From assembly GCF_006345805.1 (NCBI RefSeq), contig NC_043021.1, positions 3,162,001 through 3,226,000 on the forward strand: a DNA stretch of 64,000 nucleotides. Reading direction: 5' to 3'. How positions within the stretch are numbered: the stretch's first letter is position 1; the number at the start of each line of letters is the position of its first letter. Of the stretch, positions 50,480-62,245 are shown piece by piece. The notes beneath the pieces were generated by a model. The model was given only the letters and a program-made list of their open reading frames with translations, did no database searches and was not told where the DNA came from. The position numbers were made by a program, and so were the translations under genes. This stretch comes from Octopus sinensis. Lineage: Eukaryota.

Positions 50480-50726
50480 CATATATATACATACATATAC
50501 ATACATACATATATATACACATACATATATATATACACAATACATATATATATATACATACTATATACATACATACATATATACATACATACATATATAC
50601 ATACATACATATATACATACATACATATATACATACATACATATATACATACATATATATACATACATACATACATATATATACATATATACATACATAT
50701 ATATATACATACATACATACATATAC

Positions 50727-50781
<55 letters not shown>

Positions 50782-50809
50782 CATACATACATATATTTAT
50801 ATACACACA
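50371..50809. repeat. (TACA/TA)n microsatellite
   Basis: Seen directly in the sequence. Confidence 0.95.
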
Positions 50810-51715
50810 CCATATATACTCGAGTAAAAGTCGACACCCTATTTTAGGCCAAAAATTTGGGAATTTTCCATGGGCCCCGTATAAAAGTCGACCCTAGTAT
50901 TTCACGAATAACAGGGACACGGTGCCGTATTATCCTGTACGTAGGAAATAACATTGTTACAAAACTGCGTGGCTACCTTACTGTAGCCAGCTCCAGAAGG
51001 AGAATGCTTGATGCTTATAATGGAATGCTCTGTGCTTAATAGTAGAACACCATTTAATAGAGAGCACTAACACAGCTGTTGATGGGTGCCACATCACCAT
51101 TACTAAAACGTATGCACAGGATATATTGCTAGCCTACTTACATCTTCCAAGCACAATAAAGATATGCGTCATACGCTCGTTGTTTACACTGTGAGAAACG
51201 TGTTTCGCAGACAGCACAATTGGTGAACACTGGCAAACGTCACTGTCTGAATTCGTACAAAGACATGTTTTTATGAAGCCTAAAAATATTCAATTAATTG
51301 TTTGATCAGTGGTTCCCATGTGACCTTTCTATTTTCCTCATCTCCAAATACAATAAACGCATACGTCCTACGCTCGTCTTTTTACAAGGTGAGAAACGTG
51401 TTTCATTGACAACCTGCAACTTCTTTTTAAAAGAGAAAGTCTAACTATTCATAAGAGCTGTGAAGTCTTGTTTATGGCTCTTGTTATTTACTAGGACCTC
51501 TGTTTTGGTGCATAGAATTGGTAATATTCCTGCAGTTTATTGTGTTATTTTTTTGTTCGCTTAGAAATCAGTTGGGTTTCTGCTGCTGATACGGTAATTC
51601 GGATTCTAACTTGAATTTCAGCTCTTCAAAAGTAGTATCCATGTAATAGTCAACCCCATGAATTTGCCCTTCAAAAATGATCTAAAATATTCGACTTTTA
51701 CACGAGTATATACGG
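50810..51715. mobile_element. Non-autonomous pogo/Tc2-type DNA transposon
   Basis: TIR CCATATATACTCGAGTAAAAGTCGA / TCGACTTTTACACGAGTATATACGG; subterminal repeat GTATAAAAGTCGACCCT; flanks CA/TG rather than a clean TA. Confidence 0.7.
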
Positions 51716-51738
51716 TGTGTGTCTATATATATATATTA

Positions 51739-52056
51739 TATACATAATTTACAAGATAAGGGCAGAAGAAAAATTCTAATGCCAGATACGCAGAAACAAA
51801 AAATTTGTCGATAACCATTAAATTTATGCGTCTCGAAATAAACCGATAGAAATCTCTAAAAAATTTGTTATTACCGTATTGGTCCAATTTCGGGGTTAAT
51901 TCACAAAATTTCTTGTGAATTAACCCCAAAATTGGACCAATACGGTAATAACGAATTTTTTAGAGATTTCTATTTAATGGTTATTGACAAATTTTTTGTT
52001 TTGGCGTATCTGGCATTAGAATTTTTCTTCTGCCCTTATCTTGTAAATTATGTATA
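51739..52056. repeat. Long palindrome (arms ~168 and ~144 bp, 6-nt spacer)
   Basis: ...GGGGTTAATTCACAA-AATTTC-TTGTGAATTAACCCC...; left arm carries about 25 extra bp. Confidence 0.9.
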
Positions 52057-52206
52057 AATTTTACCTTTAAAGGCATTTTTTGATATGCTGGCCATTGATA
52101 AAAATTTTATCCTATATCAATTATATTATATATATATACATGCAAGCACATAGATCGACATAAATATATATGGTTCCGGGTTCAGTCCCACCGTAAGGCT
52201 CATTGG

Positions 52207-52580
52207 CATCCCCAAAGTCCATCCCCTCCTCACCGTGGTGGGGATGCTGGCAACAGGTAGTGTCAGAGCTATGCCGTCGGGAACTTCAGTTCCTGGTAGG
52301 ATCACCCAAGGCGGATTGGTCTGACACCGAGTGGTATTAGGGCCACAACCCGGCAGAAAATCCTCGGAGTGTCTGTTTCAGCAACCAGTGGCTCCTCTGT
52401 CTTTCTGTCCCTGCGTCTGCGGCAAACAGGATGTCTCTACCTGCGGGATTGTTGGGGACCGCTTGTGAAATTCATATTCCCACGAAACTTCTTCCACTGC
52501 CATGGTTCAAGATGCCTCGAGGGTGGTAGAAGAAGCCGACTCAACCCGCCCAGGGTGAATGTCGTCACAAGTACAAGTAA
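52207..52580 (+). mobile_element. GC-rich non-LTR retroelement fragment with 14-bp TSD, inserted in a SINE A head
   Basis: GTAAGGCTCATTGG at 52193-206 and 52581-94; 3' tail CAAGTACAAGTAA. Confidence 0.75.
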
Positions 52581-52673
52581 GTAAGGCTCATTGGTCAATC
52601 GTCTTCCCCTATAGCCTCAGACCAAAGACTTGAGTGGATTTGGATTTGGTAGACGGAAACTGAAAGAAGCCTG

Positions 52674-52724
<51 letters not shown>

Positions 52725-52734
52725 TTTTTTTTTT

Positions 52735-53126
52735 TTTACTTGTTTCAGTCATTTGACTGCGGCCATGCTGGAGCACCACCTTTAGTCGAGCAAATCGACC
52801 CCGGGACTTATTCTTTGTAAGCCCAGTACTTATTCTATCGGTCTCTTTTTGCCGAACCACTAAGTTACGGGGACGTAAACACACCAGCATCGGTTGTCAA
52901 GCAATGCTAGGGGGACAAACACAGACACACAAATACACACATACATATATATATACATATATACGACGGGCTTCTTTCAGTTTCCATCTACCAAATCCAC
53001 TCACAAGGCATTGGTCGGCCCGGGGCTATAGCAGAAGACACTTGCCCAAGATGCCACGCAGTGGGACTGAACCCGGAACCATGTGGTTGGTTAGCAAGCT
53101 ACTTACCACACAGCCACTCCTGCGCC
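52735..53126 (-). mobile_element. SINE family A nested in the microsatellite of an older + strand copy
   Basis: Complete reverse-complement copy; + strand 5' part before 52680 and + strand 3' half at 53130-53350. Confidence 0.85.
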
Positions 53127-53552
53127 TATAATATATATATATTTATGTGTCTATGTTTTTTGCTTGACAACCGATGTTGGGGTGTTTATGTCCCCGTAAC
53201 TTAGTGGTTTGGCGAAAGAGACCGATAAAATAAGTACTAGGCTTACAAAGAATAGGTCCTGGGGTCGATTTCTTCGACTAAAACCTTTTAAGGCAGTGCT
53301 CCAGCATGACCGCAGTCAAATGACTGAAACAAGCAAAAGAATAAAAGAATGCACACCCTTTATCTGCCTCTCCATCTCTCCGTCCATTGACCTTTCGACC
53401 AAGTCAACAAAATATCTCTCTATTTACCTAATTATTTATCTATCTAGACCGAGCGTTGTTATTAGTCTCATATTATTATAATAAAGATAAAACACTATTA
53501 CTAATCGTGAGTCATAGTTATTGGTTTCATCCCAGCTATAAAAATATATTAA

Positions 53553-53774
53553 CCCTTTCGTTACCAACCCAGCTGAAACCGGCTCTGCCTCTTTAGTACA
53601 AATGTCTGGTTTTCAAAAGTTCTGAATTAAAACCTTCCGCCAAACCTTAGTCACAATTTATGTCCCTAAATCTAGCTGAATGATAACTAAGTTTATTTTA
53701 CTTAATTCTTTGTTATATTTAAAATAATTGGGAGAAACACTGAACATCTCAAAATAAATTCAGTAACGAAAGGG
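53553..53774. mobile_element. piggyBac-type MITE, family C
   Basis: TTAA-CCCTTTCGTTACC...GTAACGAAAGGG-TTAA. Confidence 0.9.
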
Positions 53775-54020
53775 TTAATATAGAATATACATATAAATAT
53801 AGCCCGAAAATCTTAAAAGTAAAAAGTGATATTTTAAATTCTAAAGAGAAGATATTTTAAAGTCGAGTCACATAGTGTTAAAAAATAAATGTAATACAGA
53901 ACACAGGATAAGGTAAAAGTGAATGTAAAGAATATCATATGATACCATAAAGAACGATAAAATTTTTAAAAGTGACTGACATGCATACATTACCGATTAT
54001 AAGATGCAAATTATAGAATA

Positions 54021-54415
54021 CTAGCAGTATCGCCCGGCGTTGCTCAGGTTTGTAAGGGAAATAACTATATAAGCATTTTTGGAGATGTAAAGTATAATAG
54101 CCATCTCAATATGGCTAACCACAACGGGGGGTGTTACTGTAGCTTTTTACGTTCTGAGATTTAATAATACATTTTTAGAGAGTTACTTCCCTTATATAAT
54201 AGCAAAAAAATGCATTAAAAATGGGAAAAAATTATGGTAATTTTTTTTTTAAATCGTAGACTCATTGTAGACGCGCACTAATACCCAGAAGGGCTTGATA
54301 TGAATCACGACTATAAGATACCCGCTTTTGGTTACACTGCACCGCAAAATGTGGGAGTAGTTAGGAATCTAAATCGTAGGAGACAGACACACAACTTCAC
54401 TTTTATATATAAAGA
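54021..54415 (-). mobile_element. Non-autonomous Helitron
   Basis: Minus strand 5'-TC...CCTGAGCAACGCCGGG (imperfect hairpin)-CGATACTG-CTAG-3', sitting between A and T with no TSD. Confidence 0.8.
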
Positions 54416-54966
54416 TAACTATAAAGATACATTTTAAAATCTAGAAGTAAAATTATAAATGGAAGATACATAAAACAAATAATATAAGAATATAACGCAT
54501 AAAATACAAAAGAAAGTAAAAGTGAGGGAAAAGAATAGCGTATAAAATATAGGATACTTTTGATAAGGACAAAAGTAAGACAAGAAATTTCAAATTCAAG
54601 GAAAGTCTAAAAATTTTTGTAAGAGCTATGCGGTTTTGTTTATAGGTTTTGTTATTTACTAGGATGAGTGTTTTGATGCATAGAATTGATAATATTACTG
54701 TAATTCATTGAGTTTTTTGTTTTTATTCGCTTAGAGATCAGTTGGGTTTCTGCTGCTATTGTTAAGGAGAAAAGTAGGACAATTAAGAAATTTCAAATTC
54801 AAGTAAAGTCAGTGGATTGTCTGGAATGTAGTCTGGGTCAAAAGTGTTGCATAAGTTCTTTTTCCATGAGATGAAGCGTACGTAGCATGGGGAAAAATAT
54901 TGTTGAAAGGATAGAATAAAAGATATAATGTAAAGGTTTTTTTTTTTTAAATATACAATCTAAAGA

Positions 54967-55238
54967 GAGCTTATAAGGAATATAGGATTAAGGTAAAAAG
55001 ATTTAAGACAGGTACAGTGTAGAAATCTACTCGGAAGAAAGCACAGCCTATGGTTCTATGCGTGATCTTTAATCAAAGGAAATCACAGCTCACAGTCTGA
55101 GAGGGCTTATAAGGAATATAGGATTAAGGTAAAGAGATTTAAGACAGATACAGTGTAGAAATCTACTCGGAAGAAAGCACAGCTTATGGTTCTATGCGTG
55201 ATCTTTAATCAAAGGAAGTCACAGCTCACAGTCTGAGA
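54967..55238. repeat. Tandem duplication, 2 x 136 bp
   Basis: GCTTATAAGGAATATAGG at 54969 and 55105. Confidence 0.9.
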
Positions 55239-55679
55239 TGTAGATGTAGTAAATGTGTTGTAAAGAAAAGTTCTCTTTTATGGGTGCCTCAGAAGTTCCT
55301 GATAGCGAGTGCCTCACTGCAGAGCAGACAGTATCCTCCGCTGCCAGTATAAGGCATAGCACAAATGACAATGGACCAAGTGGTTGAGTAATTCTTGCCT
55401 TGTCGTTTAAGCTTGGATACTGAAATAAAACCAGCCTTGCCTTCATGTCTAAAAGTATATAAGTGGTTTTGTAGTCGGACTTTAAAACTAGCAGAAGTTG
55501 CACTTATGTAATTATATATTTTTCCGCGAGTGAGGACAGAACATATGTAAACAACATCTGTTCAGTCTATTTACATGTCCAAATGAACTCATCCCAAACC
55601 ATTCATTTGGTCGATTGTGCCTTCAAACTATGACATGTGAGGATGCGAATGGACTACAAGATTAATATTACATATTTCC

Positions 55680-55865
55680 ATATAGTTGGTTGGCATCCTT
55701 TTTGTCTCGGGAGACAATGGAGTTGCGCATAAAATAGTCTAGTCCGGCTTTTACATTTAACGTCCTAATACATTTCCTGCTGTGGCTGTGTAGTCCTATC
55801 CTGGACAAACACTCCCTCTGGCTGGTGCCGCAAATGTAGCGAAGACTGTTCCTGGCTGGTTGTAA
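55680..55865 (-). mobile_element. RTE-clade LINE 3' end
   Basis: YICGTSQRECLSRIGLHSHSRKC Zn-knuckle-like C-terminus; CCATTGTCTCCCGAGAC...GGATGCC 3' UTR. Confidence 0.7.
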
Positions 55866-56439
55866 TGTCATAGTTTCTTGTTGACGTCTTTTCTTGTCTT
55901 TCCATTTCTCCTCTCTCTCTCTGTCACTCCTTTGTGTTCCCTCTTTTATGGTACGTCTCTAGTCTCCACGGTTGCTGGCAGCTGCTTCCCAGTTGCTAAT
56001 ATTTATGTTGCAGGCATTCATTTCCATATAGTATGGCATATATTACATAACATTGTATGAATTGCATAAGTATTATTGGTAGCACATACAAAGTGTTTTG
56101 TTTATAACACCCTGGGGAACATCCACACAACGCCGAGTGTTAAAGAACATGGAATGTCTCAGGCGGGGGTGAGACAACTCGCCCCGAAGGTAAACGAGAA
56201 TGGTAAATATCGGTATTTCGCTATCGTTTTTGTTCTTTAGTATCGTATACTTGACTCACCTCGGAACAAAATGAATCACTGATTTGAGGCATGTGTAAAT
56301 AAAGTGAATTTGATACATTGACGTGCAGTGGCATAAGCACAAGTGAGATAAAATTAAATTTCAAATTAAAAACAGCTGTCTCTCTCTCACACACACACAC
56401 CAGACATATAAATGTATGTTATTATAAGAGAGTTATAAA

Positions 56440-56645
56440 GGCAGCGAGCTGGCAGAATCGTTAGCACGCCGGGCAAAATGCTTGGCAGCATTTCGTCCGT
56501 CTTTATGCTCTGAGTTCAAATTCCGCGCAGGTCAACTTAGCCTTTCGTCCTTTCGGGGTTGATAAATTAAGTATCAACCAAGTACTGGAGTCGATGTGAT
56601 CGACTTTCCCCATCTCCAAAAATTTGTGCCTATATTAGAAAGGAT
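56440..56645 (+). mobile_element. SINE family B
   Basis: GGCAGCGAGCTGGCAGAATCGTTAGCACGCCGGGC...; TTATAAGAG on both sides. Confidence 0.85.
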
Positions 56646-56924
56646 TATAAGAGGGTTATCAACAAAAAAAAATGAAACGCAAAAGCGATAACGACTTCTT
56701 TACTAAGTGCTACTGGTTACTCGAATTGCACACGTTGACACAGAAACACTTCCTCTACACAAAAGTACCACTGCCAAACTACGGAAGTATTATATATATA
56801 TATAGGCATGAACAAATCAAAGCAGGTTGCGAAGTAATGGAAACTAACACAAATGCGTATATACACGCCTTTATAGTGCGTAGAAGGTCATGTATGTATA
56901 TACATACAATATATATATATATGT

Positions 56925-57127
56925 ATAATGTATGTATATACGTACATTATATATATATATAATCTATGTATATACGTACATTATATATATATATATATAT
57001 AATCTATGTATATACGTACATTATATATATATATAATCTATGTATATACGTACATTATATATATATATATAATCTATGTATATACGTACATTATATATAT
57101 ATATATAATCTATGTATATACGTACAT

Positions 57128-57145
<18 letters not shown>
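56925..57145. repeat. Minisatellite TATGTATATACGTACATT(AT)nAATC, about 6 units
   Basis: Seen directly in the sequence. Confidence 0.85.
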
Positions 57146-57159
<14 letters not shown>

Positions 57160-58252
57160 TTTATACATATATTAATACTCACTTATAGTCTGAGTGTTTT
57201 GAGAATTTATTCTTAATGTCGACTACCATATTTTTCGCGGTACACCACGACACACCACATGAGTGACAGACAAGTATTTTTCTGCTCCTTAACGCTATTC
57301 TTGTATATTCCTTTGGAATTTATATTGAAGAATTGATGTTGCACATTATATTATATATATATATATATATACACACACAGTCTCTGCCTGCTTTTTTTCT
57401 CTTTCTCACACACACACACACACACACCGTCCGTCTCTGCTGATAACCCAATGAAGATGATTTAGCATGGCAAGTGTCTGCAATGTCAGAGCAGCGGTCA
57501 TGTAACCTGGTAGTTGAAATGACCTCCAGATTAAGGCACCTGTAACTGTCACGATGATGGTGGTGACAATACGGTTGTTTGTGTATGTGTGCGTCTGCGT
57601 GAGAATCCACGTTTTCCTTTGTGAATTACTACTGAATATTATGTGTGTAAATGTTATTTATGGACGTGTTATTATTTCTTGGAGACTTGCAAATCATCAA
57701 GACCTCTACACCTGTTGTCAGTAAAGCAATATTCTCACATAAGCTCCGGTCGGTAACAGCTTAGGCCACTGCGGATAATTAAACTGCCGTCCGATCACCT
57801 GCTGTAAAGTTGACTACATCATCTGTTCACTTTGCAGTGATAGAGTTCTTTGCCTTAACTGCTGCCGCTGCTGCACGCCAAGCGACAAACGTCCAGAGAC
57901 CTTTTATTCGAAAACAAAGCCAACAGAAACGGCTCTGGCAGTTGATCTAATTTTAAATGTTTTACATTATTAGTTTGATTGGATCGAACTTCAAGTGGCT
58001 TTTATTGTTTATTGCTGACTTCCCATTTGAGAAACATCAGATGTTAATGGCAGTAGTTATGAAATATTGGGTCAGTTTATGTCAATATATGCATGCACAG
58101 ACGGTGCAAGTTTCGAGAAGCAACGTAAAGTTTCACCGTTATTACAAAAGAAAAAAAGAAACAAAAACAAATTAATCACAAATATTTCGAATTCTGTTTT
58201 CTTGAATTTCACTCAAAGCGTTTGAATCGACGCTGTTTTAACGGATACTTAA

Positions 58253-58471
58253 CCCTTTGGTATTTAAACCGGCCATATCCAGCCAAAATATTTAATCTGT
58301 TTTATGTTCAAACTGACCAGATCCAGGCCCTCACACCTACCCTACAATGTTATTCTACATTAAGTAATTACACCATCAAGATCTTGAAGATATGAGATAA
58401 TGCATGATTAATTCAAATCAATGTGAATCAATAAGCATTATGTGTGATAGAATAATCTGAACACTAAAGGG
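58253..58471. mobile_element. piggyBac-type MITE, family D (reverse orientation)
   Basis: TTAA-CCCTTTGGTATTTAAACCGGCC...CTGAACACTAAAGGG-TTAA. Confidence 0.85.
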
Positions 58472-58536
58472 TTAAAGTAAAAATATAAAATTCATGTCAA
58501 AAAGAAGCACAGACTGTTGGTTTTGTATGTTGTTTT

Positions 58537-59205
58537 TAATATCACTATCATTGAAGCCATGCTACTGAAGTCCCGCCTCCGATGGTCAGGGCATGTCTCC
58601 AGAATGGAGAACCATCGTCTTCCTAAGATTGCCCTGTTTGGCGAACTCTCCACTGGCCACCGTGTGAGAGGAGCTCCGACAGCTTGTCATATTAACCACC
58701 AATGCGGCAACTGGCAGAATCGTTAGCACGCTGGGCGAAATGCCTAGCAGTATTTCGTCTGTCGTTACGTTCTGAGTTCAAATTCCACCGAGGTTGACTT
58801 TGCCTTTCATCCTTTCAGGGGTCGATAAATAAAGTACCAGTTTCGCACTGGGGTCGATGTAATCGACTTAATCCCTTTGTCTGTCCTTGTTTGTCCCCAC
58901 TGTGTTTAGCCCCTTGTGGGCTAAGAAACATATTAACCACCAATGCTGGTCAGACCTGGCTGTGGACTGTGATGTCTGGCGCCACACAATCTTCAACGCA
59001 GTCAGCAAGTTTGAGGAACAAAGAGACGCGCTTAAAGACAAGAGACGCAGGAGGAAGGCGCGAGCCGCCTCTGACACCACACCGGATGTTACCTTCATCT
59101 GTGGACACTGCTCACGGACCTGCCTTTCCCGTATCGGACTTGTCAGACACATGACGTGGACAGCCTTCCTGATCTTCATTTGCGAAGCCGAGACCTGATG
59201 ATGAT
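58537..59205 (+). mobile_element. RTE/BovB-like LINE 3' fragment, internally deleted and split by a SINE
   Basis: IEAMLLKSRLRWSGHVSRMENHRLPKIALFGEL and FICGHCSRTCLSRIGLVRH; (GAT)n tail. Confidence 0.85.
58706..58928 (+). mobile_element. SINE family B with perfect 18-bp TSD
   Basis: CATATTAACCACCAATGC at 58688-705 and 58929-946. Confidence 0.9.
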
Positions 59206-59675
59206 TTTTAGGGAGTCTAACTCAACGAGATCGTCTGGTAACCCGTGACCAGGTTGCTGAAATTGGTTTTTTACACCAGGTGAAACTATTGTGATTCGGT
59301 TGAGGAGTCTGAACGGTTACGTAGTGGTTAGGTTTCGAATCACCGTTACAATTCTTTAACAAGTTTGCCATGAGAACATGGGCATTTAGCATGAGCAATA
59401 TTTCATGATATAACAAAACTGGCTTCAGTTGTTTTTTTCGGCTTCCTTACAGGACGTTGTCAACAGCGGCTGCTAGCTATTTATTGATGTTACCTTGTTT
59501 TTACTTAATTTCTGATTTAGGAGGATAATTATGCGAAAAGTTTTTCGCGATTTCTTTCGTAGTGGCATTTCAAGTCACTGGTTCTGTAATGACTACGTGA
59601 CTATGACAAATAAAGTGAAATAGGAGTGGAAATTAAAAAGATACATTACAATTTTATATTAGGGTTTATTTGAAA

Positions 59676-60035
59676 TCAGCTACCACCAATCAACAAAAAG
59701 GCTGGCCAGGCAGCAAAAACCCTGCGAGAGTCAAGTCTGTTGGTTCGAGGAGCACAACTATTCAACTCCATTCCAGTACATGTCAGAAATCTATCAGGAT
59801 GCAGTGTGGAATCATTCAAATTGCAGCTGGATAGATACTTAAGCACCATTAGAGATGAACCCCATCTCCCAGGATATACACAACGAGCACAAACTGACTC
59901 AAACTCGCTCCTACACATGTCAAAATTAAACAGAGAATACAACCTGGCAACCACACCAGACTCTGAGGGTGGAGTCTTCGACTTGGCCTGAGCATGGACT
60001 CAAACCCAAATGAAATGAAATGAAAATGAAATGAA
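59676..60035 (+). mobile_element. 5'-truncated CR1/L2-group LINE 3' end with open ORF2 C-terminus and (AAATG)n tail
   Basis: RGAQLFNSIPVHVRNL...SFKLQLDRYL...DEP..PGY...SNSL to stop 59991; tail AAATGAAATGAAATG. Confidence 0.8.
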
Positions 60036-60363
60036 TATCATTTTCCCTTCCAGTAAAAGTAAGAAAATCTGTTCCCACAGCACTGCTGGTTTCACTTCAT
60101 ACCCATTAAATAATTATAAAGCTTGAATTTTTTTATTTTATTTAACTTTTATATTAGCTATGATAAAGAAGAACTCGTCCGACTTATTTCTACGAGTCAT
60201 ATATGCAAAGGAATGCTGAAAAGTTCCTGGCTTTCGGTAAAAAAGTTGATGTTGCAAATTTTTCACAGACACTTGTAAACGAAACTTGTATCCTAAGCAG
60301 TGATTCTGAAAAAAAATTGTGGTGGGGGGCCGTAGGATCCTTTTTTTTTTTTTAGTGGGGAAT

Positions 60364-60772
60364 GGCGCAGGAGTGGTTGTGTGGTAAGTAGCTTGCTAAC
60401 CAACCACATGGTTCCGGGTTCAGAACCACTGCGTGGCATCTTGGGCAAGTGTCTTCTGCTATAGCCCCGGGCCGACCAATGCCTTGTGAGTGGATTTGGT
60501 AGACGGAAAACTGAAAGAAGCCTGTTGTATATATGTATATATATATGTGTGTGTGTATATGTTTGTGTGTCTGTGTTTGTCTCCCTAGCATTGCTTGACA
60601 ACCGATGCTGGTGTGTTTACGTCCCCGTCACTTAGCGGTTCGGCAAAAGAGACCGATAGAATAAGTACTGGGCTTACAAAGAATAAGTCCCGGGGTCGAT
60701 TTGCTCGACTAAAGGCGGTGCTCCAGCATGGCCGCAGTCAGATGACTGAAACAAGTAAAAGAGAAAAAGAGT
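60364..60772 (+). mobile_element. SINE family A
   Basis: Full length, near consensus. Confidence 0.9.
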
Positions 60773-61064
60773 ATGGAATTGTGAAAATCTTTTCCCACAG
60801 CAAACACACTACACCGATCCTTAGCCTAGCCAAACTAATCCCTTCTGCCAAGCACCCTTTGTGAATTCTGTTTGCTACAGTATAGATCTATTCTAATGCC
60901 CTAGTGCGAATATTTCTTTAAGGAAAGTACATAATTATGAGATATTAAAATAAAGCTAATTCTTTTTCCAACCACTGGTGGGGCGTACATATTTCTGTTA
61001 AGTTATAATGGGGCCTGGAGGATAATAGGTTGGGAAACACTGGTCCAAAGTCTACCGATTCCAG

Positions 61065-61468
61065 TATTCTCTCTCTTTTACTCTTTTATTTGTTTCAGTC
61101 ATTTGACTGTGGCCATACTGGAGCACCGCCTCCAGTCGAGCAAATCGACCCTGGGACTTATTCTTTGTAAGCCCAGTACTTATTCTATTAGTCTCTTTTG
61201 CCGAACCGCTAAGTGACGGGGACGTAAACACACCAGCATCGGTTGTCAAGCAATGCTAGGGGGACAAACACAGACACAAACATATATATATATACATATA
61301 TACGACAGGCTTCTTTCAGTTTCCGTCTACCAAATCCACTCACAAGGCATTGGTCGGCCCGGGGCTATAGCAGAAGACACTTGCCCAAGATGCCACGCAG
61401 TGGGACTGAACCCCGGAACCATGTGGTTGGTTAGCAAGCTACTTACCACACAGCCACTCCTGCGCCTA
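61065..61468 (-). mobile_element. SINE family A (inverted relative to the 60364 copy, ~290 bp away)
   Basis: Full-length reverse complement. Confidence 0.9.
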
Positions 61469-62245
61469 TGAACGGTTTGTATTAAAATGTGCTGTCGAGG
61501 CTAGACTAATAAAGCTGTGATCAGTCTCATCGCCTCTTCCACGCACACAAATGTTCGGCCCCCTTACCCCTGATATCAGTTTACTGATATACTTCTGCAA
61601 CACTTGGCAACCATAAATTTCTCGAATCCCTCTTCCCACTACCTTTCCTACCCCCAGCGCTAAAGTACAATGCCTCACTTTTGTTTAGACTTGTTTCTGT
61701 TACTCATTGCTGTATTAAGGGCAGGTGATTCATCATCAAATAAAATGATAATAAATTATTGAGTTAATAGTTATATCAATATTGTTCTGAGCAGGCAAAT
61801 GTGACAATGGCCAGAGTGAAAAGAAAAAAACGTGATAAATGGTGGAAGATAAAGAAAGGAAGAGATATCGAATAAGTTCATCCATTTGTCACTTTTAAAT
61901 GCGGGCAACAAACAATAGCACGTTTTGAAAGAGAGTGATGAAAATGACATTCTAGAACGATATATCCGATATATCGATATATCCATATATGCACTTTTAT
62001 GTATCTACAGGGGTAGAATTTGAATGAGAAATATGTTGAGAAAATCAGTCCAAAACTAAAACAGGGGTGGAAATTAAAATGATTCGTTACAATTTTATAT
62101 TTGGGTTTACGTGAAATACTTAGGGAGCGCCTTTCTCCCTTCCCACAAAAATAAGAAAAGCTGGTTTCATTTCATACCCAGTAAATAATTATAAAGCTTG
62201 AATTTTTTTTATTTAACTTCTATATTAGCTATGATAAAAAAAAAA

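Noticed and set aside
46834-50837. Many 60-296 aa ORFs rich in Y/I/H/T/V/C/M (also at 36.6 kb and 57 kb)
   Set aside because: Translations of CA/TA microsatellites.
26397-61471. Recurrent short ORFs such as MLGGQTQT... and ...RHLPKMPRSGTEP
   Set aside because: Translations of SINE family A copies, not a gene family.
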